Below are positions 56,475-64,000 of a stretch of 64,000 bases of DNA, one piece after another. The stretch lies in contig NC_083229.1 of NCBI RefSeq assembly GCF_032191835.1, forward strand, positions 12,958,001 through 13,022,000, given 5' to 3'. This DNA is from Heteronotia binoei. Its lineage: Eukaryota. Position numbers and translations under genes: made by a program. The notes beneath the pieces were generated by a model that was not told the DNA's origin, made no database searches, and worked only from the letters and a program-made list of their open reading frames with translations. Position 1 is the first letter of the stretch, and every line of letters begins with the position of its first letter.

Positions 56475-56998
56475 GATATAGCCAATCCTCCAAGAGCTTA
56501 CAGGGCTCTTCGTACAGGGCCTACTGTAAGCTCCAGAAGGATTGGCTACATCAAGGGGTGTGGCCTAATATGCAAAGGAGGCTCCTGCTAGAATTTGACC
56601 CCTGTAGCCAGTCCTCCAAGAGCTTACAGGGCTCTTAGTACAGAGCCTACTGTAAGCTCCAGGATGATTGGCTACATCAGGGGTTTGTGGCCTAATATGC
56701 AAAGGAGGTCCTACTACATAAAAAAAGGCCCTAAGTATGGCATATTTCTCCATGCTGAGGGATTTATTATTGGTAAAAAGGTATAAATTGGTAAAAAGGT
56801 ATTATTGGTAAAAAGGTATTAATGTGTTCTTAATGTTTTATTATTGTATTGTTCATTTTAAATGTTGTAAGCCGCCCTGAGCCTGCTCTGGCGGGGGAGG
56901 GCGGGGTATAAATAAAATTTTACATTACATTACATTACATAAAAAGCAATAACAAGAGGAAGGTCTGGTAGTGGTAATGTAGTGTAGTGTAACAAGAA

Positions 56999-57204
56999 GG
57001 GACGGTGGCTCAGTGGTAGAGCATCTGCTTGGGAAGCAGAAGGTCCCAGGTTCAATCCCTGGCATCTCCAAAAAAGGGTCCAGGCAAATAGGTGTGAAAA
57101 ACCTCAGCTTGAGACCCTGGAGAGCTGCTGCCAGTCTGAGAAGACAAGACTGACTTTGATGGACCAAGGGTCTGATTCAGTATAAGGCAGCTTCATATGT
57201 TCAT
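56999..57204 (+). mobile_element. Squam2-like SINE
   Basis: A and B boxes, family body and tail. Confidence 0.8.
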
Positions 57205-57349
57205 AAGAGGTAGTGTAAAGGTAACCCCCTTTAAACATTTATCTATTTAGCATACACATTAGCAGTTTTCCCTCTCTTGAAAATAAAAAAAGCTCAAAAT
57301 CACTGACGATGTTTTCAAATATATATATATATTTTAAAAAAACCTTCTT

Positions 57350-57863
57350 AAGAAGATATTGGATTTATATCCCGCCCTATACTCTAAGTTTCAGAGCAGT
57401 CACAATCTCCTTTACCTCTTCCCTCTCCCCCCCTGACACGCACACGACAGACACCCTGTGAGGTGAGTAAGGCTGAGAGAGCTCTTACAGCAGCTGCCCT
57501 TTCAAGGACAACTCCTAGGAAAGGTATGGCTGACCCAAGGCCATTCCAGCAGCTGCAAGTGGAGGAGTGGGGAATCAAACCTGGTTCTCCCAGATAAGAA
57601 GAAGAAGATATTGGATTTATATCCCACCCTCCATTTCGAAGAGTCTCAGAGCGGCTCACAATCTCCTTTACCTTCCTCCCCCACAACAGACACCCTGTGA
57701 GGTGGGTGGGGCTGAGAGGGCTCTCACAGCAGCTGCCCTTTCAAGGACAACCTCTGCCAGAGCTATTGCTGACCCAAGGCCATTCCAGCAGCTGCAAATG
57801 GAGGAGTGGGGAATCAAACCCGGTTCTCCCAGATAAGAGTCTGTTTGCAGCAAACTGGCTCTC
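57350..57863 (-). mobile_element. Two adjacent Squam3-like SINEs
   Basis: Two tail-body-head runs in reverse complement. Confidence 0.8.
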
Positions 57864-59936
57864 TTCGTTGAAAAACCACCCAAACCCAGTAGTCATTACG
57901 AATTAAAAATCAACAAAAGCAGAAGGTACAAGAACCTAAAAACATAGTGAAGCAATGGTGGGAGAGCAATTTGTAAATTCACATGCAGTAGGGTGACCAT
58001 ATTTCGAAAAGCAAAAAAGAGGACTTGTTTCCCAACCAACTCCTTCAAACACTGTGACAAATCTCATTTAAAAACAAGAACAACGACCCTGCTCTCTAAC
58101 TGGTGACAACTGCCTTTAGCTGGGAAAATTCCTAACCAAACCCCAAAAAGAAGACATTTTCATCAGTTTTTTAAAAAGAGCCCCCAAAACAATGGAGCTC
58201 AAAAACGGGAGGACATGTCCTCTAAAAAGAGAACATCTGTAATACAGTGAACATTTCCCTATCTCCCTTCTCTGCTGCAGCTTCCCTCCTTTCCCCAAAG
58301 TTCCCTCTAACTTCCACCCAGCTTCCTTCCCTACACCTCTCCTTCCTTCTACACCCCCCCTCCCAGGGCCTCCCCCTCGGCTCACTTTGCCTTTCATTGC
58401 ACTGAAGTTAGCCTTACTTGAAGCAACATCATTTCTCTCTGTTGCTGCTACCGTGAGGTTGCTGGAGTTTAAGGACACCTTTCCCCCCCCTTTCCTTTCC
58501 CTAAATATCCATCTTTTGGTTTTACAAGTACTTTTCGCTGGTTTGGATGGACAGAGATTCAGGGCTGGCTGCCTCCTGCTGAAGTTCCCCTGCTGAGATC
58601 GGATCGCTTTGCTTTAAACTCGGAGAAGCGGGTTTTCTGCTTTGGCTTCAAGTGCATTTTGGCTGTGCTTTGGGAAGCAGTCGCTCCCGTTGGAAACTCT
58701 CAGCGTTTTTCTTCAACAGGTCAGTGACATTCTTACAGTCCCTTGAGCGGCTATAAAAACTTGATTGCTTCCCTGGTGGTTTCACCTTCTTGTTTATTGG
58801 GTGGTCTCTTGGGGAAAGCATATGTATTCTTTTGGGTTATTGAATTTTGGGAAGTAAAACCTTTTTTTTGGGGGGGGGGGACCATCATCGTTTGCAAAAC
58901 CAGAAGCAAGCTTTTTAAAATTATACACAACTCTTAATGCATAGGTGTCGAAAATCACATAAGGCCGCGCCGCTGCTAGCGGGGTAAAACTGCATTTTTC
59001 CTCACTCGAAAGAACTTTCTTGGCACGTTTTTTGACTTTCCCCTGTACGCTAGGCTTGTACCTCATGTTGCAACAGGTAGGGACGATTGCAGACTTTCAA
59101 CATGTTTAATGCTTGCAACTGAAGTTCCCTCAAAGCTGAGTGAGTGTGAGTTAGCTCACAGTTTTTTCGCCTCCGGCTCACACATTTTTCTCTTCGCTCA
59201 GGAAAAAAATGGTCCCGGAGCAAACTAATTGATGAGGCAGCTCACAGTTTTATTGCCAGTAGCTCACAAAAGTAGAATTTTTGCTCGCAGGACTCCACAG
59301 CTTAGAGGGCGTATTGCCTGTAATGTTTTGTAGGTGATTCCCCCCCCTTCTGGAGTCACAGATACATATTTACACTGTTGCTATCTGAGACGGGACCCGT
59401 TTTCTTTGGCATAAATAGCCTACGAGGCTACTCTACAGTAAGTTATTTACGGCTGCTCACCTTTCGACTGGGGTAAGAGTATCAACTGAGCAAAGTTATG
59501 CAGTGAATGGAGTGATATCCCTTTTAAAACCAGTGCTGGTCTGTATTCCTAGTTGTCAACAGACTCCAAACAAACCGGTAGTTCAAGTCACGCTTAAGCA
59601 GATCCCCGCGCTGTACCCCTCTGCCCGCTCAGCTGATATCTAATTCTGTTCCTACTGAGACTTCTGTAAGTGTTTAAGAATAGGATGCTAAAGTTGGAAA
59701 GAGGAGTGGATTGTCAATGCAGGCACAGCCACGGTCAGCAGAGAGAATAGCTGCCACTAGAAACAGGGGTGACACCCCTATTTAGAGCTCTCTCCCCAGA
59801 GAGCTCTCAGGACTGCTCCATTACAGTCTGCCATAGGCTGTTGAGGCAACAAGTCACTTCTGAAGGTTTCTTAGTCTCATCTGAGTTTTGCTGCTGTTTA
59901 GGGTTGCCAAGTCCAGTTCAAGAAATATCTGGAGAC

Positions 59937-60115
59937 TTTGGGGGTGGAGCCAGGAGACTTTGGGGTGGAGCCGGGAGACTTTGGAGGTGGAGCTGGGAGA
60001 CTTTGGGGTGGAGCCGGGAGACTTTGGGGTGGAGCCGGGAGATTTTGGAGCTGGAGCTGGGAGACTTTGGGGTGGAGCCAGGAGGCTTTGGAGGTGGAGC
60101 CGGGAGACTTTGGCA
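59937..60115 (+). repeat. G-rich 21/22-bp minisatellite from a hAT subterminal repeat, about 8 units
   Basis: tttggggtggagccgggagac and tttggaggtggagctgggagac units after a tagggttgccaag terminus. Confidence 0.85.
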
Positions 60116-60808
60116 GGGGTTTCGCGAATCAGTCTACCATGCCTAGTTGCTTCTTTTTTCACTTCTGCTGTGACATAGCCGGGGCTGGGCCCACGTCATC
60201 CCCAGGGGTGAACAAAAGTCACTGCTGGAATGCCCTTGGGCCAGCCATAGCTCTCGCAGGAGTTGTCTTTGAAAGGGCAACTTTTGAGAGAACTCTCTCA
60301 GCCCCACCCACCTCACAGGGTGTCTGTTGTTGGGGAAGACTCCTTCAATCAAAAGTGACTCCTTCAATCAAGGCTGGCATGACACTGTTAAGTACAACTA
60401 GGGCTTTGTTTTGTAACAGGAACCCTGGAGCTTACAGGGCAATTAGTCCAAGGTCTACTGTAAGCTCTTGGAGGATTGGCTACATCAGGCAAGTGTGGCC
60501 TAATATGCAAAGGAGTTCCTGCTACAAAAAAAGCCCTGTCATTTGTCTTGTGTGCTCTGCGCCTTTGATTACCTGAGCCAATGAGAGAGCACTCTGACTT
60601 TAATCCAGCCCTGCTGGATCAGACCAGTTGTCCATCTGGTCCAGTGCCTTATTTCCCACAGCAGCACAAGGGCCAAATGGCCAAGACCTTATGAAGGAGA
60701 GAGAGAATGAGGGTGTGTGTGAGAATATAAAGATCCTGGACACTGGAACCATTTGAAACCGTATCTTTACTTTTTTGCGAGATTTGCTCGTATGTTCATA
60801 TACTTGTG

Positions 60809-61090
60809 AAGAAGAAGAAGACTGCGTATTTATACTCCGCCCTTCTCTCTGAATCAGAGACTCAGAGTGGCTTACAATCTCCTATATCTTATCCCCCCAC
60901 AACAGACACCCTGTGAGGCGGGTGGGGTTTTGAGAGTTCTCCCAAAAGTTGCCCTTTCAAAGACAACTCCTGCGAGAGCTATGGCTGACCCAAGGCCATT
61001 CCAGCAGCTGCAAGTGGAGGAGTGGGGAATCAAACCCGGTTCTTCCAGATAAGAGTCCACGCACTTAACCATTACACCAAACTGGCTCTC
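60809..61090 (-). mobile_element. Squam3-like SINE (variant tail)
   Basis: Reverse complement head, body and (TTC)n tail. Confidence 0.8.
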
Positions 61091-61951
61091 TGTGAAATTG
61101 TACAAAATATTTTGTGTCTTCCGTTTCTATCACTGGTCATTTCAGGGTAAAAAAAAATTGTGCTGTGTGTCAGAACGAGCTTTTGATGCTGGTAAAAAAA
61201 CGATTATGACACTTTCGAAAGCGCTTTCTCCCTCGGATATGTGCTGGGACATTCTTCTGTCGGTGTTTCTCATGGAATGCTTTGTAGTGTTCCGCTTTGA
61301 GGCCGCGCTTTTATTTATCGTGTTGTAATATTTCACCCTGGAGGCGCACATTTTTAATCACTCTAAAATCTTCCCCTCTCAGGCTTCCCTGGTGAGGAGA
61401 AAGTGCTAGAAGGAGCAGAGAATCCCCTGTTAGTGTCTCTGAATAACAAACACAAGGTTTTCTGTCACTCCTGTGATTTTGTGTGTGTGTGCATGGCTTT
61501 TTTTTGGTAGAAAATGACCAGCTCTAGTCATTTGCATATAAAGCCACACCTCCTTGGTGTCACCATTGTTTTGCACATGGCTTTTTGCCGGAAAAGTCCA
61601 GCAGGGACTCATTTGCATATTAGGCCACACCCCTGACTCATCCGGAACTGTGTTCCTACTCAAAAAAGGTCCTCTACGTGTGCGTGCGTGTGCAGCTCAC
61701 GCTTTGTTCAAGCAGCTCAAGGCAGCAGTGTACATTACCCACATCCCCCTCTGTTTTATGCTCACAACCACCTTGTGAGGTGTTAGCAAAATCTGAATAT
61801 GCGGAGAAGTGGAGCACAAGCTGTTTGCATCATAAAGTAGACTTATTAGAAGAACCAACTTGGTAGGAAGGAGGAAAGAAAGCGTTCTGTCGACGAGAAG
61901 TCAGTGACAAAGTGTGATTAGTGAACCTGGGGTGGGGAGAACCCAATAAAC

Positions 61952-62571
61952 CAGGGGTGTCAAACATGCAGTTCGGGGGCCGAATCAGGCCCCCACAGGT
62001 CTCCTCAAGCAACTGGCTGTCATCTCCTTCCTTCTCCCTATATCTTGCGCCCTTCTGCATAACAGCTTGCTCTGCAAGTCTTGCTCAATCGCACAGGAGC
62101 TACAGAGCAAAACCTCTATTTTCTCCATTGGCTGAGGCTCCTCCCTTGGGGAGGAAGGGGGGAGGAAGAGCTTGCTTTGCCAGTCTCTTTCAATCGCACA
62201 GCAGAGCTACTGTGCCAAGCCTCTTTTCCTTCTATTGGCTGAGGCTCCTCCCCCTCCTGGTCTCCTGGGGAAGGAAGGAAAGAGCCAGAGCTTCCTTTGC
62301 CCAGTTCCCTGGATCCCGTGGGAGAAATACAAAGAAAGCACCTTTAAGACCGATGAGTGCTAATGTTTTAAGCATGTTTTAAGTTTTTAAATATATATAT
62401 ATTTAATAGAGTTTGTCTGTGTCCTTTATAAAGTTTATATCTCTGCTACCTAATCTTAAATAGGTACACGCATGGCCTGGTCTGACATGGCCCAGCCCAA
62501 CATGGCCCTGCCTAACAAGGCCACATTTATGTCAGATTCGGCCCTCATAACAAATGAATTTGACACCCCTG
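61952..62571 (+). mobile_element. hAT-Charlie-like element (TIR CAGGGGTGTCAAA); related copies near 17697 and 63570
   Basis: TIRs plus TSD caataaac / caataagc. Confidence 0.8.
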
Positions 62572-62654
62572 CAATAAGCCAATCAGGAGACAATTTGAAA
62601 AAGGGCAGGAAATTCCCGATCTTACTATGCTAACTGGTTGTCCTCTCTGCTGCA

Positions 62655-62671
62655 CTGCCGCCCCCTGCAGG
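62655..62671 (-). promoter_or_regulatory. CTCF motif, reverse orientation
   Basis: Minus strand CCTGCAGGGGGCGGCAG. Confidence 0.45.
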
Positions 62672-64000
62672 ATCTTGCCGTCATTCTTTCTTCATTTGTG
62701 TGCAATAGCCCTTGTATGCCGCAACCTTTTGTGGCTAGCTCCGCCTCCATTTGCAGCCATTTTGTAGCGACTGTAGCTTTTTACATCTTCTGATTTTTAT
62801 TATTTATTTATTTATTTTTGCTAAAGCTCACTGTGAGGTATTCCAAATGGAATAGTAGAGAAGGGGCAGCCCCCGGGAGAATTTGGGTTGCTGACCAAGG
62901 GGCAAGCTGCAATCTCAGCTTCCTCTTGCGAGAGATGAAGAAAATAAATTGCCTTACTTAACGATGGGCTCCCATAAAGTATCTTTCCAGCAACATGGCC
63001 CTTCTTTCAGATGGAGTAAGAACACTTGTTTCTGTTGGCTCTCGCATTTCATAACATACTCAAGGCTTGGCTTGGTCATTTCTCCTCCTTTCACTGTTTA
63101 ATTACATTGTCCTCTGCAGTGTAATTTTAAGAGCTGTTTTTGTGCCTGGGTGTGTGGATTCTTCCCAGTTAGATGGCTAAATACTTCTTTATGCTAATCG
63201 AGTTTCGCTTGGATCGGCAATGCCACGGTGCTTCTCTCCCCATTTAATTCAAAACAAGCCTCACTGGTATTAGATTTGCATTGTCAGTTTTCCTTCTATG
63301 GGATATGCTCTCCATATGTATTTTCTTAATAAGCCTTTTTTCTCCTTATAGAGGTTTTAATACAGTAGGAATCCATTCCATGTTCTCGAACTGCAGACTT
63401 GCTGTTCACCTTGTGTATTTGGTAAATGCAGACAATAGGAAATGAAGGGAGAAAGCCTGAGCAGCTCTAGTCAGAAGTAAGTCCTATTTTATTCAGTGGA
63501 TCTTATTCCGAAGAAAGTATTCTGAGGACTACACCCAATAGCTGAGCCAGCGTGGTGCAGGGGTTAGGGCAGGGGTGTCAAAGATGCAGCCCAGGGGCCA
63601 AATCAGGCCCTCAGAGGGCTCCTAGCAGGCCCCCAAGCAACTGGCTGCCATCTGCTTCCTTCTCCCTCTCTCTTGCTTCCTTCTGCATCACAGCTTGCTT
63701 TGCCAGGCTTGCTCAATCGCACAGCAGCTACAGAGCAAAACCTCTATTTTCTCCATTGGCTGAGGCTCCTCCCTTGGAGGGGAAAGCGGGGGGAGGATGA
63801 GCTTACTTTGCCAGGCTCTTTCAATCGCACAGCAGAGCTACCAAGCCAAGCCTCTCTTCCTTCTATTGGCTGACGCTCCTCCCCCTCCAGGTTTCCTGGG
63901 GAAAAAAGGAAAGAGCCAGAGCTTCCTTTGCCCAGTTTGCTGGATCCCATGGGAGAGATACAAAGAAAGCACCTTTAAGACCAACGAGTGCTTTAAAACC

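Noticed and set aside
3880-57070. tRNA genes at the A/B-box motifs
   Set aside because: All are SINE heads continuing into SINE bodies; no complete cloverleaf is evident

Overview
Vertebrate genomic DNA, most likely a gecko-like squamate (inferred from the Squam3-like and Squam2-like SINEs and the BovB, CR1, L2, Penelope and hAT repeat content). The only protein-coding content I can support is a tandem cluster of five MAS-related class A GPCR genes (MRGPR/MAS1-like), all on the minus strand with single-exon CDSs: g1 2623-3504, g2 8969-9904, g3 19761-20690, g4 30371-31291, g5 41541-42464. g2-g5 lie in about 10.6-11.2 kb segmental duplication units. They form a divergent subfamily that has lost the TM6 proline, has a shortened ECL3 and an ECL1 C-x11-C pair, and carries basic residues in the sodium pocket (R3.39 and/or K7.45). 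g4 looks like a g3/g5 chimera made by unequal crossover inside the CDS. Paralog comparison predicts a shared non-coding upstream exon and a GATA/ETS-rich promoter-like block; that block is missing upstream of g5 at a microhomology junction. The rest is dense mobile DNA: SINE-derived satellites (tail arrays, a head array, one foldback array), CR1-3'-end minisatellites, octamer-bearing MITE-end arrays, nested hAT MITEs with 8-bp TSDs, long palindromes, and a Penelope-type minimal hammerhead ribozyme motif. There are two N gaps at paralogous positions. Repeat family names are from recognition, not database search.
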